The notes: generated from the letters alone by a model not told the origin. A DNA stretch of 59,600 nt from Veillonella parvula (GCA_947096075.1 CAMUQE010000001.1:1-59600); one strand, 5' to 3'. Counted from the first letter of the stretch, positions 9,918 through 20,250 are shown. Numbers and translations are program-made.

Positions 9918-10513
9918 TAAATTTAATGTTTATTGTATATGCTGTGTTAGCATATCTTATAGGCTCTATACCTAGTGGCTTAATTATCGGTAAGATTTTT
10001 TTCAATATTGATGTACGCCAATATGGATCCAGGAATATAGGAGCTACTAATACATATCGTGTTATCGGTCTTAAAGCTGCTTTACCAGTATTTTTATGTG
10101 ATGCTCTAAAAGGTGCTGCTGGGGTAGTATTATTATCCTCTTATGGACCTATGTATATGATTTTAGGTGGTATCCTTGCTATGATGGGCCATAACTGGTC
10201 TGTTTTTCTGGGCTTTAAAGGTGGTCGTGGTGTTGCTACGGGTTTAGGTGTACTTATTGCACTTTCACCATTAGTAGCATTGCTTTGCTTTCTTGTGTGG
10301 GGCATCATCGTATATTTTACCAAGCTTGTATCCTTAGGTTCTATTATAGCTGCTGCATTAGTACCTGTATTGATGTACGTTACAGGTGAATCCTATTGGT
10401 TTGTTGGCTTTGGTGGATTAGCTGCCTTATTTGTTATAGTTCGTCACTGGGATAATATTAAACGTCTACTTGCAGGTAATGAGTTAAAAGTAGAACGTAT
10501 TAAAAAGGATTAA
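9914..10513 (+). CDS. plsY: Glycerol-3-phosphate acyltransferase PlsY
   Basis: YLIGSIP, GSRNIGATN, FKGGRGVAT, RHWDNIKRL. Confidence 0.96.
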   Translation: MINLMFIVYAVLAYLIGSIPSGLIIGKIFFNIDVRQYGSRNIGATNTYRVIGLKAALPVFLCDALKGAAGVVLLSSYGPMYMILGGILAMMGHNWSVFLGFKGGRGVATGLGVLIALSPLVALLCFLVWGIIVYFTKLVSLGSIIAAALVPVLMYVTGESYWFVGFGGLAALFVIVRHWDNIKRLLAGNELKVERIKKD

Positions 10514-10516
10514 TGT

Positions 10517-11515
10517 ATGAATGTTGTTGTTATAGGCTCTGGTAGTTGGGGGACAGCCCTTGCTATTAAATCCGTTTTAGCTGGAAATACTACAACTTTA
10601 TATTGTCGTCGCCCAGAATTTGCTGATCAATTGGCTAAGGATTTAGAAAATAAAGATTACTTGCCAGGTGTAGAGCTACCTAAAGAGTTACAATATAGCT
10701 CAGATTTAGAGGCTTCTATTAGGAATGCAGAAGTTGTTTTAATGGTTACACCTTCTGTACATGTCCGTACTAGCTTAGAGTCTATTAAACCTTATGCACA
10801 TAAAAATCAATCTTATATACTTTGTTCAAAAGGGGTTGAACAAACTACAGGTAAATTATTGACTACTGTTATGAAAGAGGTTCTTGGTCCAATTGGTTGT
10901 CACTTGGCTGTTCTTTCTGGTCCAAATCACGCAGAAGAAATTGGGCGTAATTTACCGGCTGCTTCTGTATTAAGTACAGAGGATTTAGAGGTGGCTACTA
11001 CACTTCAAAAAGCATTATGTAGTCAGAATTTTAGAATTTATGCCAATACTGATGTCATAGGTGTTGAGCTTGCTGGTGCTACAAAGAATATTATCGCCCT
11101 TGCTGCTGGTATTGTTGATGGGCTAAAACTTGGTGACAATTGTAAGGCCTTGTTATTAACGAGAGGGCTACATGAGATGACTCGCTTTGGCGTAGCCTTA
11201 GGTGCTCAAAAGGAAACTTATGCTGGTCTTGCTGGTATGGGAGATTTGATTGCTACCTGTATGAGTCCTCATGGTCGTAACCGTGCGGCTGGGCAAAAAC
11301 TAGCAGCCGGTAAGACGATGGATTATATCATTAATCATACGAATATGGTGGTAGAAGGATTTTTTGCTACAGATATTATTTATAAAATGGCTTGTAAACA
11401 TCAAATTGAAATGCCTATAACGAAGGCTTTATACGAGGTTTTATACGAAAAAAAATCTCCATCCATAGCATTAGGCGAGTTGATGGGACGTGATATTAAA
11501 ATTGAAGTATCATAG
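10517..11515 (+). CDS. gpsA: NAD(P)H-dependent glycerol-3-phosphate dehydrogenase
   Basis: GSGSWGTALA, LSGPNHAEE, GLAGMGDLIATC. Confidence 0.96.
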   Translation: MNVVVIGSGSWGTALAIKSVLAGNTTTLYCRRPEFADQLAKDLENKDYLPGVELPKELQYSSDLEASIRNAEVVLMVTPSVHVRTSLESIKPYAHKNQSYILCSKGVEQTTGKLLTTVMKEVLGPIGCHLAVLSGPNHAEEIGRNLPAASVLSTEDLEVATTLQKALCSQNFRIYANTDVIGVELAGATKNIIALAAGIVDGLKLGDNCKALLLTRGLHEMTRFGVALGAQKETYAGLAGMGDLIATCMSPHGRNRAAGQKLAAGKTMDYIINHTNMVVEGFFATDIIYKMACKHQIEMPITKALYEVLYEKKSPSIALGELMGRDIKIEVS

Positions 11516-11582
11516 ATAAAAGATACTTTTAATTTGGTTATTTATATACTATAATTAATGAGTATAATCTTGTGAGGGTTGT

Positions 11583-12134
11583 ATGCGAATTATTGGCGGA
11601 ACTGCTAAGGGACATGTTATAAAAGCACCTAAAGGATTAGATACTAGACCTACACTTGATCGTGTTCGTGAAAGTGTATTTAATGTATTAGCAAATAGAG
11701 GTATATTTGGTTCTGATGTACTAGATATATTTTCTGGCACTGGTGCAGTAGCAATTGAAGCCTTAAGTCGTGGTGCAGCACATGCAGTAGCAGTGGACTT
11801 TAAAACGGGCAAACTAATTTTAGAGAATGCTAAACATTGTCGTGTGGATGATCGGTTAGAAATCATTCCGAGGAAACTTTCACAATTAAAAAATTATATA
11901 GTGGGGCGACAGTTCGATTATATATTTTCTGATCCGCCATATGAAAACGGATTTATACAAGATACCATAGATTTGGTTCTAAACCATGATTTGTTAAAAT
12001 CTGAAGGAATTTTATTGTTAGAACATCATAAGGATGAGGTTTTCACCTTACCAGAATCATGGGAGTGTATAAAAGAACAGAAATTTGGTTATACGATGGT
12101 TTCCTATTTTGTAAAGATAGCCGAAAGGAGCTAA
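11583..12134 (+). CDS. rsmD: 16S rRNA m2G966 methyltransferase
   Basis: MRIIGG, TRPTLDRVRESVFN, DIFSGTG, DPPY; precedes coaD. Confidence 0.93.
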   Translation: MRIIGGTAKGHVIKAPKGLDTRPTLDRVRESVFNVLANRGIFGSDVLDIFSGTGAVAIEALSRGAAHAVAVDFKTGKLILENAKHCRVDDRLEIIPRKLSQLKNYIVGRQFDYIFSDPPYENGFIQDTIDLVLNHDLLKSEGILLLEHHKDEVFTLPESWECIKEQKFGYTMVSYFVKIAERS

Positions 12135-12138
12135 ACCT

Positions 12139-12630
12139 GTGCGTATAGGTGTATGTCCGGGTAGTTTTGACCCAGTTACAAATGGACATGTTGATATTTT
12201 TGAACGGGGCAGTCGATTGGTTGATAAATTAATCATTGCTGTCAGCTCAAATCCGAATAAAAATTCCTTATTTACTATGGAAGAACGGGTTGAGATGATT
12301 CGAAATTCTGTCAAACATATTCCTAATGTTGAAATTGATTGTACAGGTGGCTTGCTCAACGAGTACGTTAAATCCAAGAATGCTACTATTATTATTCGAG
12401 GGTTACGTGCATTGAGTGACTTTGAATATGAATTTCAGCGCGCATTATTTGCAAAATATTTGGATGATGACATTGAAACAGTATTTATTATGACAAATAA
12501 CAAATATTCTTTTGTCAGCTCCACAGGCATTCGTGAACTAGCTAAATTTGGTGGTAAGCTAGATGGTCTTGTTCCGGATGATGTTAAGGAAAAACTTGAA
12601 GAACGCTTTAATACGGTCCATAATAAATAG
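12139..12630 (+). CDS. coaD: Phosphopantetheine adenylyltransferase
   Basis: PGSFDPVTNGH, RGLRALSDFEYE, VSST; GTG start behind AGGAG. Confidence 0.97.
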   Translation: MRIGVCPGSFDPVTNGHVDIFERGSRLVDKLIIAVSSNPNKNSLFTMEERVEMIRNSVKHIPNVEIDCTGGLLNEYVKSKNATIIIRGLRALSDFEYEFQRALFAKYLDDDIETVFIMTNNKYSFVSSTGIRELAKFGGKLDGLVPDDVKEKLEERFNTVHNK

Positions 12631-12641
12631 GGGTGAATTGT

Positions 12642-13109
12642 ATGAAAACAGAAAAATTATTAGAAGATTTAGAGGTTCTTATTGAATCCAGCAGCCGTAT
12701 TCCTATGACTACAAAACGTATGGTTGAGGAAGACGAAATTATGCGTATTATAGATTCTATTCAGGAATCCTTACCTTTGGAACTTGAAGAATCTCGTCGT
12801 ATTGTAGCAGATAAAGATAAAGTGTTAGCTGATGCTCAACGTCAGGCTGAAACTTTGATCGATCAAGCTAAAGACTACATTGCTAAATTAACAGCTGAAA
12901 GTGAACTTGTAAAACAAGCTCAAGAACAAGCCAATCAAATTATTAATGCAGCAAACCAATCCTCTGATGAATTGAAGGCTAGCTCTATTCAATATGCTGG
13001 TGATGTTCTTAAATACGTTGAAAACAACTTAGAAAAAACATTGGAAAGCTTGCGTCAAAACCGTGAAAGTTTAAAACAAACTGAACAACGTACGGAAGAA
13101 AACCAATAA
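12642..13109 (+). CDS. Conserved coiled-coil protein downstream of coaD (ATP synthase subunit b/DivIVA-like repeats), function unknown
   Basis: Heptad A/Q/E-rich helices (AQRQAETLIDQA, AQEQANQIINAA); SD before ATG 12642. Confidence 0.7.
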   Translation: MKTEKLLEDLEVLIESSSRIPMTTKRMVEEDEIMRIIDSIQESLPLELEESRRIVADKDKVLADAQRQAETLIDQAKDYIAKLTAESELVKQAQEQANQIINAANQSSDELKASSIQYAGDVLKYVENNLEKTLESLRQNRESLKQTEQRTEENQ

Positions 13110-13118
13110 TTTAAGTAC

Positions 13119-13151
13119 AGGCTAGATATCATATTATATCTGGCCTTTTTT
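13119..13151 (+). terminator. Intrinsic terminator
   Basis: aggctagata / tatctggcct stem followed by a T run. Confidence 0.75.
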
Positions 13152-13237
13152 ATATTTTAATTCCATAGAAAATTTAAGATAAGTAATATCAAATTTCAGA
13201 TCAATATGTAAAAATAATGTGAACAAAATAATAAGCC

Positions 13238-13275
13238 AAAAATAAAAGCGAAGGGATACCTTCGCTTTTATTTTT
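13238..13275 (-). terminator. Terminator of rqcH, potentially bidirectional
   Basis: Perfect 17-bp inverted repeat aaaaataaaagcgaagg / ccttcgcttttattttt overlapping the rqcH stop codon. Confidence 0.85.
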
Positions 13276-14986
13276 CTCTATAGTTTTCTGGTTTTTTAGG
13301 CTCAACAATCATAGTTTGATGGGTATTGAAAATAACAAATCCTAAAGGAGATCCGGGTGGCTTTTTGATATTTTTTATGTATGTATAATCTACAGGAACC
13401 TTACTAGTGTCACGAGCCTTACTAAAGTAGGCTGCATATTGTGCTACTTTAGATAAAATCATATCGTTTGGTTCAACATTGAGCCGTAAAATAAGGTGCG
13501 AACCTTGGATATCCTGTGTATGGAACCAAATGTCAGTTGGTTTTGCAAATCGATGTGTCAAATATTCGTTTTGCTGATTGTTACGGCCAATAAACATTTC
13601 ACCTTCGTCAATTGTTAAGTGAATGTAGTTAGATTTACCAAGCTTGTAAGATAATGGTTTTTTTGATTTTTTTATGATACCTGCATCCATGCATTCTTTG
13701 CGTATTTCTTCTAAGCTTTCACGAGTAGTGGCTAAGGAGATACTGTATAGAATAGATTGTAAGTATGCTAGTTTTGTGGTACTTGCATTGAGTTGGTACT
13801 CGCCGCTAACCATACGATTTTTTAGTTTTGTATAAAGCTTATAGTACCATTGTGCATTTTCCACAATCGTTAAGTTTGGCTTTAAAGGAATAGTTAAGAT
13901 TTCATTTTCTTCGGAAAGAAGATTTTGCAATTCAATAGACGGTTCGTATTGCACTTGAAGGTGTGCATTTATCATTAGAAGATCACCATATAATTTATAG
14001 GTTTCCATTTTCTTAGTATCTTCTAATTCATCTTTAATCTTTTGATGGCGACCTTCTTCCTTTTTGATGGCTGCTATTAAGATTTTTTCTAACTCTTTAT
14101 CAGCTGTATGAATTGCTTTTGTGTTATGAATGGATTCTTCTAAGGCTTCAGAAATAGTGTTGTATTCTTTTAATACCTTATAGTTATGTAATAAAATGCT
14201 TGCGTAAGCCTTTTTATTGTTATCGTTGACTAAAGTAAACAAACCATTGCTATTTTCAAGCTTTTCTTTGAGGTGATATAAAGATTTAGTAAACATATCT
14301 AATTGAGAAGTATCTAAATCTGTTATGATTTCTTCACCATTCAGCTTGGAAATATATAAAACTTCATCCAATAAAGGCTTGCCAAAGCCGTTAAAGATAG
14401 ATCGAATAGATTGCTGTACGGAACCATTACCAAAAGAGGTGAGTAGATTTTTGATTTCATCACAATCAAAGTCCATTAAGCTTACGCGATTAGCATTTGG
14501 CGGTAGTTCATATCGTAATTTAGGACTAATAGAACGTTCACGGTTCATAAGTGGAGAGACGTGAATTAAAGATTCTAAAATAACATCGTCTTGTACAAAA
14601 ATACAGTTGGAATATTTGCCCATTAATTCAACATAAATGTATGTACTCGTAATGGAACCATCCATTTCCAATTTATCCGTTTGGATGCACATGATTCGGT
14701 CGCCATTGATTTGTTCCACCTTTACAATGCGGCTACCTTCAATATGCTTTCGTAAGAACATACAAAGTGAGCTTGGTTCTTTTGGTAAATCTTGCAGTGG
14801 TTGACTAAGATACATTGCTGGTGTAGCACCTACGGTAATGATCAGGTTTTGGTCTTCGTTGAGTGCTCGAATTTTAAATAATAATGTAGTTTTATCTATT
14901 TGATATAGTTTTTGTATTTGACCTGTTTGTAATCGCTCGTTAATTTCTTTAGCGAGTACAGACATGGTAAGTCCGTCTAAATTCAT
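13268..14986 (-). CDS. rqcH: Ribosome quality control factor RqcH (NFACT/FbpA/YloA family)
   Basis: MNLDG start, MFLRKHIEG, DR motif, ELMGKYSN, C-terminal IGRNNQQNEYLT, WFHTQDIQGSH, VPVDYT. Confidence 0.93.
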   Translation of the reverse strand: MNLDGLTMSVLAKEINERLQTGQIQKLYQIDKTTLLFKIRALNEDQNLIITVGATPAMYLSQPLQDLPKEPSSLCMFLRKHIEGSRIVKVEQINGDRIMCIQTDKLEMDGSITSTYIYVELMGKYSNCIFVQDDVILESLIHVSPLMNRERSISPKLRYELPPNANRVSLMDFDCDEIKNLLTSFGNGSVQQSIRSIFNGFGKPLLDEVLYISKLNGEEIITDLDTSQLDMFTKSLYHLKEKLENSNGLFTLVNDNNKKAYASILLHNYKVLKEYNTISEALEESIHNTKAIHTADKELEKILIAAIKKEEGRHQKIKDELEDTKKMETYKLYGDLLMINAHLQVQYEPSIELQNLLSEENEILTIPLKPNLTIVENAQWYYKLYTKLKNRMVSGEYQLNASTTKLAYLQSILYSISLATTRESLEEIRKECMDAGIIKKSKKPLSYKLGKSNYIHLTIDEGEMFIGRNNQQNEYLTHRFAKPTDIWFHTQDIQGSHLILRLNVEPNDMILSKVAQYAAYFSKARDTSKVPVDYTYIKNIKKPPGSPLGFVIFNTHQTMIVEPKKPENYREK

Positions 14987-15021
14987 AGTACTCCTTTCAA
15001 ATATATTTAGAAGTATAGTTT

Positions 15022-15086
15022 AGTATACCATAGTGTACATATAATTCTTAGTATTTAAACACGGATTGTGTAATTCGTGGTACAAT
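15022..15086. promoter_or_regulatory. Divergent extended -10 promoters for rqcH (-) and the yloC operon (+)
   Basis: Minus-strand TGGTATACT (15030-15022); plus-strand TGGTACAAT (15078-15086). Confidence 0.5.
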
Positions 15087-15113
15087 AATAAAAACTACTA
15101 AGGAGGATGACTT

Positions 15114-15995
15114 ATGAAAAGCATGACCGGTTTTGGTTCGGGCACAGCAACCAAAGATAGTATTACCTGTACTGTAGAAATTAAGTCCGTAAATGCACGC
15201 TTCTTGGATCTATTTATTCGTAGTCCAAAACAAATGAATCCTTTTGAAAGTATTATTCGTGGAATGATACAAGATCGCATTACTCGTGGTAAGGTTGAAG
15301 TATCAGTTTCTATTCTAGATGCAGGAGAGCGACCTAAAACTTTTACCATTAATAGTGTATTGAGAAAGCAAATACAACAGTTATTGGTACAAGAGGAGTT
15401 CTATGATGACCCTAAAAAGGTACCTTTACAAGCTGTGAATTCGATTTCTAATGAATGGATTCAACAACAAGATACACCAATTGCAGAAGAAGTACTTTCA
15501 GATATTGTAAAAGAATCAACTATTCAAGCATTAGATGCTTTAATAGCAATGCGATCTGCGGAAGGTCAACATATCAAGCAGGATCTATTAGAACGTATCG
15601 GAACACTTGAAAGTATTATTACTGAAATAGACACGAATAAAGCTAGTGCTGTAGAAGCGTATCGAGAGCATATTAAAACTAAGATACAAGAATACTTGGT
15701 TTCTTTAGATGCGAGTATTAGTGAAGAACGTTTTATACAGGAAATTGCTCTATTAGCTGATAAGACTGATATTACGGAAGAGATTGTCCGATTTACCTCT
15801 CATGTGGTACAATTAAAAAATACACTTGCAGATGCGAACTCAATCGGTCGTAAGGTCGATTTTATTTTGCAAGAAATGAATCGTGAAGTAAATACAATCG
15901 GCTCCAAAGCAATGGATTCGAATATTACTGAGTTTGTGGTTCAACTTAAATGTGAGTTAGAAAAAATTAGAGAACAAGTACAGAATGTAGAGTAA
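15114..15995 (+). CDS. yloC: YicC/YloC family endoribonuclease
   Basis: MKSMTGFG, EIKSVNARFLD, RGKVE, DITEEIVR, GRKVDFILQEMNREVNTIGSK, EKIREQVQNVE. Confidence 0.95.
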   Translation: MKSMTGFGSGTATKDSITCTVEIKSVNARFLDLFIRSPKQMNPFESIIRGMIQDRITRGKVEVSVSILDAGERPKTFTINSVLRKQIQQLLVQEEFYDDPKKVPLQAVNSISNEWIQQQDTPIAEEVLSDIVKESTIQALDALIAMRSAEGQHIKQDLLERIGTLESIITEIDTNKASAVEAYREHIKTKIQEYLVSLDASISEERFIQEIALLADKTDITEEIVRFTSHVVQLKNTLADANSIGRKVDFILQEMNREVNTIGSKAMDSNITEFVVQLKCELEKIREQVQNVE

Positions 15996-16009
15996 TAGGA
16001 GGTCCATGA

Positions 16010-16279
16010 ATGAGTATTCAATTACTGAATATAGGCTTTGGTAATATGGTATCTGCTAACCGTGTTATGGCTATCATTAGTCCTGAATCTGCTCCCATAA
16101 AGAGAATGGTTCAAGATGCTAGAGACAAGGGATTGCTCATTGATGCTACATATGGTCGTAAGACTCGTGCTGTATTAGTTATGGATAGTGGTCAAATTGT
16201 ATTATCCGCAATTCAACCTGAAACCGTAGCACATCGACTTGTGCAACATGATGTAGATGTAGATACAGTGGAATCATAG
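16010..16279 (+). CDS. remA: RemA/YlzA (DUF370) regulator
   Basis: [40 protein letters not shown]. Confidence 0.93.
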   Translation: MSIQLLNIGFGNMVSANRVMAIISPESAPIKRMVQDARDKGLLIDATYGRKTRAVLVMDSGQIVLSAIQPETVAHRLVQHDVDVDTVES

Positions 16280-16287
16280 GAGTGCAT

Positions 16288-16917
16288 ATGTCAGACAGAG
16301 GATTATTAATCGTTATATCCGGGCCATCTGGCGCAGGTAAAGGTACGATTTGTGCGAATATTCGCAAAGAAATGCCTAATTTAGTTTATTCCGTTTCTAT
16401 GACAACTCGTGCTCCCCGTGTAGGTGAAGAGGAAGGAATTAACTATTTTTTCCGCTCTAAGGAGGAATTTGAGTCTTTACTTAGTGAAGACGCATTCTTA
16501 GAATATGCTAAGGTATATGATAATTACTATGGTACACCAAAACAACATGTAATGGATTTATTAGATGATGGCAAAAGTGTACTATTAGAAATCGATATTC
16601 AAGGCGCAATGCAGGTTAAGGAACGTTTTAGTGATGCTGTATTTATTTATATTGTACCGCCATCTTTAACTGAATTATCTGAGCGTTTACATAATCGTGG
16701 CACTGATGCTAAAGAGGTCATTGATAAGCGATTGTCATTAGCTTGTTCTGAGCTGGCATTAGCCCATCGTTATGACTATATCGTTGTAAATGATGACTTA
16801 GCCGAGGCATCTGAAAAGGTTGCCTCAATCTTGCGAGCTGAATCTTGTAAGATTAGTCGTAATAAAGAACAAATTCAATATATTTATAAACAATATCAAG
16901 AGTCTAAGGAGAAGTGA
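16288..16917 (+). CDS. gmk: Guanylate kinase
   Basis: ISGPSGAGKGT, SMTTRAPRVGE, YYGT, LEIDIQGA. Confidence 0.97.
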   Translation: MSDRGLLIVISGPSGAGKGTICANIRKEMPNLVYSVSMTTRAPRVGEEEGINYFFRSKEEFESLLSEDAFLEYAKVYDNYYGTPKQHVMDLLDDGKSVLLEIDIQGAMQVKERFSDAVFIYIVPPSLTELSERLHNRGTDAKEVIDKRLSLACSELALAHRYDYIVVNDDLAEASEKVASILRAESCKISRNKEQIQYIYKQYQESKEK

Positions 16918-16921
16918 TAGT

Positions 16922-17137
16922 ATGATGGTAAAACCTCCATTAAAAAAATTGGAAAGTCAAGTAGATAGTAAATATACATTGGTAACTTTAGCGGCTAAAC
17001 GCGCTCGCGAATTAACAGATGGCGAAGCCTGCTTAGCAGAATCTACACATGCAACTGACAAGCCTGTATCCTTGGCATTTTATGAAATTGCCGAAGGTGA
17101 AGTGACATATAAACGCACTAAAGAAGGCATTAAATAA
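16922..17137 (+). CDS. rpoZ: RNA polymerase omega subunit
   Basis: VDSKYTLVTLAAKRAREL...KPVSLAFYEI; start ATG 16922 or 16925 behind AAGGAG. Confidence 0.93.
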   Translation: MMVKPPLKKLESQVDSKYTLVTLAAKRARELTDGEACLAESTHATDKPVSLAFYEIAEGEVTYKRTKEGIK

Positions 17138-17143
17138 AAAACC

Positions 17144-17175
17144 AATTCCTTGTATCTATGATACAAGGAATTTTT
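17144..17175 (+). terminator. Intrinsic terminator after rpoZ
   Basis: Perfect 13-bp stem aattccttgtatc / gatacaaggaatt followed by T residues. Confidence 0.75.
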
Positions 17176-17189
17176 AAAAGGAGAAAAAC

Positions 17190-18389
17190 ATGCGCGGAAA
17201 ACATATCATTGTCGCAGTATCTGCAGGTATTGCAGCGTATAAAGCAATTGAAGTAGTAAGCAGACTTCGTAAAAAAGGGGCTGAAGTAAAGGTTGTAATG
17301 ACACAAAATGCTACGCATATTGCGTCACCCTTAACGTTTGGTGAAATTAGTGGACACCCTGTAGCTCTAGACATGTTTGAACAAGTACATCAATGGGATG
17401 TAGAACATATTGCATTGGCCACATGGGCAGATGCATATGTAGTTGTGCCTGCAACAGCAAATGTGATCGGAAAAATTTATGCAGGCATTGCTGACGATAT
17501 GTTAACTACAACAATTATGGCTACCACAGCACCTAAATACCTTTGTCCTGCTATGAATACAGAAATGTATAATAATCCTATTACCCAACGTAATTTAGAA
17601 GGATTGCGTTCCTTGGGCTATCATATTATGGAACCCGCAGAAGGTTGGCTTGCTTGTGGCATTACTGGTGTAGGGCGTTTACCGGAACCAGAAGCAATTG
17701 TGGAGTGGCTAGAATCTAAAATATGCAGTACAAATGAGCTTGAAGGTACTACTATACTTGTTACAGCTGGTGGAACACAGGAGAATATCGATCCTGTTCG
17801 GTATATCGGAAATCGTTCTAGCGGTAAGATGGGATATGCCATTGCAGAACAAGCTGTACGCATGGGGGCTAAGGTGATTTTAGTAAGTGCTTCCACATCT
17901 TTACCTGTACCAAGTGGCGTAGACTTTGTTTCTGTAGACTCTGCAGTATCTATGCAGGAGGCTATTGAAGCTCGTTATAATGATGTCAATGTAGTTATCA
18001 TGGCTGCCGCTGTTTCTGATTTTAGAGTTCTTCATAAATCAGAACAAAAAATTAAAAAAATGGAATCTATGACTTTAGAACTTGTAAAAAACCCAGACAT
18101 TTTACAAGGTTTAGGCTCTAAAAAAAGCCATCAAATTCTCGTTGGTTTTGCGGCAGAAACAGAACATGTAATCAAGTATGGTCAAGATAAAGTGGCTAGA
18201 AAAAATCTAGATATGCTTGTAGCCAATGATGTAAGCAAATCTAATGCAGGTTTTAATGTAGATACAAATGAAGGCTATTTCTTATATCCTGATAAAGAGC
18301 CTAAAGAATTGCCTAATATGAAAAAATCCGACCTTGCTCGACATATTCTTAAAGAGGTTATTAACTTAGTAGCAAACAGACAAAGCTAA
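17190..18389 (+). CDS. coaBC: Phosphopantothenoylcysteine decarboxylase/synthetase
   Basis: AGIAAYKA, PATAN, PAMNTEMY, DPVRYIGNRSSGKMG, VGFAAET. Confidence 0.97.
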   Translation: MRGKHIIVAVSAGIAAYKAIEVVSRLRKKGAEVKVVMTQNATHIASPLTFGEISGHPVALDMFEQVHQWDVEHIALATWADAYVVVPATANVIGKIYAGIADDMLTTTIMATTAPKYLCPAMNTEMYNNPITQRNLEGLRSLGYHIMEPAEGWLACGITGVGRLPEPEAIVEWLESKICSTNELEGTTILVTAGGTQENIDPVRYIGNRSSGKMGYAIAEQAVRMGAKVILVSASTSLPVPSGVDFVSVDSAVSMQEAIEARYNDVNVVIMAAAVSDFRVLHKSEQKIKKMESMTLELVKNPDILQGLGSKKSHQILVGFAAETEHVIKYGQDKVARKNLDMLVANDVSKSNAGFNVDTNEGYFLYPDKEPKELPNMKKSDLARHILKEVINLVANRQS

Positions 18390-18440
18390 CATAAAATAAT
18401 TCTGGCGTGTGTTGTTTTAAGAAGGGTGTGTTTTTGTTAT

Positions 18441-20105
18441 ATGTTTGCTATACAAAAAGCATATTTAGAGGGTTCCTTAGGAAAAGGGCAATGGAGTAAT
18501 AATATTATTGCTGGATTAGTCGTAGGAGTTGTGGCACTGCCTTTAGCGATGGCCTTTGCTATTGCTAGTGGAGTTACACCTCAGGCAGGTATATATACGG
18601 CAATCATTGCAGGGATTTTTGTGTCCTTATTTGGTGGATCTTCTGTTCAGATTGCAGGACCTACAGGGGCATTTATCGTTTTATTAAGTAGTATCGTTGT
18701 CAATTATGGCTTTGAAGGCTTACAAATTGCGACCATGATGGCAGGGATTATTCTCGTTTTAATGAGTGTTGCAAAGTTAGGAACGGTAATTCGGTTTATA
18801 CCAACACCTGTTATCATGGGCTTTACTGCAGGTATTGGTGTTACGATTTGGGTAGGGCAATGGCCATATTTTTTTGGCTTTCCACAGTTGCCGTATATGG
18901 CTCATTTCCATGAAAAATTATGGGCTATGATTCAGTCCTTACCATACTCTGACTTACCTACATTGGAAATTGCACTCCTTAGCTTAACTTTATTGTTAGT
19001 GTTGCCTAAAATTCCATATATTAATAAAATTCCTGCTCCTATTGTAGCTATGATTGTTGCCACCATTATTCAAGCTATCTACCAATTTCCTACGGTTTTA
19101 ACTATTGGCAGTGCTTTTGGTGGTATACCTCAAGGTTTACCAGAATTTTCTGTACCAAACTTGACCTTTGATAAAGTCTTAACTTTAATAGGTCCTGCTT
19201 TTACAATTGCCATGTTAGGGGCTATTGAATCCTTGTTGTCTGCAGTTGTTGCTGATGGTATGAGTGGTACCAAGCATGAATCTAATACTGAATTGTTTGG
19301 ACAAGGATTAGCTAATATATTTGCGCCATTGTTTGGAGGAATTGCATCGACAGGTGCTATTGCACGCACTGCCACAAATATTCGACAAGGTGGTAATTCT
19401 CCGGTGGCAGGCATTGTTCATGCCATTACATTAGGTGCTATCTTATTATTTTTAGCTCCTTATGCAGTGTATATTCCGTTGGCATCTATGGGGGCCATAT
19501 TATTTGTAGTAGCCTACAATATGAGTGATGTACCACGTTTTATACGAATGCTTATTCTTGCACCTCGCCCAGATCAAGTAATTTTAATGCTTACCTTTTT
19601 CCTGACAATTTTTACGGATTTGGTAGTAGCCGTAAATGTTGGTGTAGTGATTGCCGTATTACAGTTCATGCGTAAAATGGTTAAAACAATCGATGTGCAT
19701 GAAGCAAGTAGTGCCGAATTATCAGCACAAATTAGGCATGAAATTACAATTCATCCAGAAATAATGGTGTACACCGTAGAGGGGCCATTATTCTTTGGTG
19801 CTATAAGCGCATTTGATAGAGCATTAAATTCTATACATAAAGATCCTAAATATTTAATCATTCGTTTTGTAAAAGTGCCGTTTGTTGATTTGACGGGTTT
19901 ACGTATTCTACGTGGCATTATTGAAGAGCTTCAAAAGAGAGGTATTGAGGTTTTACTCAGTGATGTGAGTTACGATATTCGTAGAGAAATGTATAAATCT
20001 GACTTCTTAGATATTCTAGGGCGTCATCATATGTATCGTCAGTTTGAAAGTGCCCTTCATAAGGCTGAACATGATTTAGCATTGAAAGAGGCAAAAGAAG
20101 TATAA
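18441..20105 (+). CDS. SulP/SLC26 anion or dicarboxylate transporter with STAS domain (DauA/YchM-like)
   Basis: GVVALPLAMAFAIASG, QIAGPTGAF, ESLLSAVVADGM, TGAIARTATNI, STAS GPLFFGA...DLTG. Confidence 0.9.
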   Translation: MFAIQKAYLEGSLGKGQWSNNIIAGLVVGVVALPLAMAFAIASGVTPQAGIYTAIIAGIFVSLFGGSSVQIAGPTGAFIVLLSSIVVNYGFEGLQIATMMAGIILVLMSVAKLGTVIRFIPTPVIMGFTAGIGVTIWVGQWPYFFGFPQLPYMAHFHEKLWAMIQSLPYSDLPTLEIALLSLTLLLVLPKIPYINKIPAPIVAMIVATIIQAIYQFPTVLTIGSAFGGIPQGLPEFSVPNLTFDKVLTLIGPAFTIAMLGAIESLLSAVVADGMSGTKHESNTELFGQGLANIFAPLFGGIASTGAIARTATNIRQGGNSPVAGIVHAITLGAILLFLAPYAVYIPLASMGAILFVVAYNMSDVPRFIRMLILAPRPDQVILMLTFFLTIFTDLVVAVNVGVVIAVLQFMRKMVKTIDVHEASSAELSAQIRHEITIHPEIMVYTVEGPLFFGAISAFDRALNSIHKDPKYLIIRFVKVPFVDLTGLRILRGIIEELQKRGIEVLLSDVSYDIRREMYKSDFLDILGRHHMYRQFESALHKAEHDLALKEAKEV

Positions 20106-20112
20106 TAATGAC

Positions 20113-20141
20113 TTGCTTTCTCACTGTAAATACACTATAAT
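20113..20141 (+). promoter_or_regulatory. Sigma-A promoter of metK
   Basis: TTGCTT, 17 bp, TATAAT immediately upstream of the riboswitch. Confidence 0.75.
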
Positions 20142-20149
20142 ATTTCTGT

Positions 20150-20250
20150 AACTCATCAAGAGTAGCGGAGGGATAGGCCCTGTGAAGCTACAGCAACCAT
20201 TCCAAGGGGAAAAGGTGCTAATTCCTATGACAAATGTCGTTAGATGGGAG
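20150..20250 (+). ncRNA. SAM-I (S-box) riboswitch
   Basis: ctcATCaAGAG...GGAGGGAtaGGCCCtgtGAAgc...aGCAACC...GGTGCTAAttCC...aGATggg matches the S-box consensus; lies upstream of metK. Confidence 0.95.
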
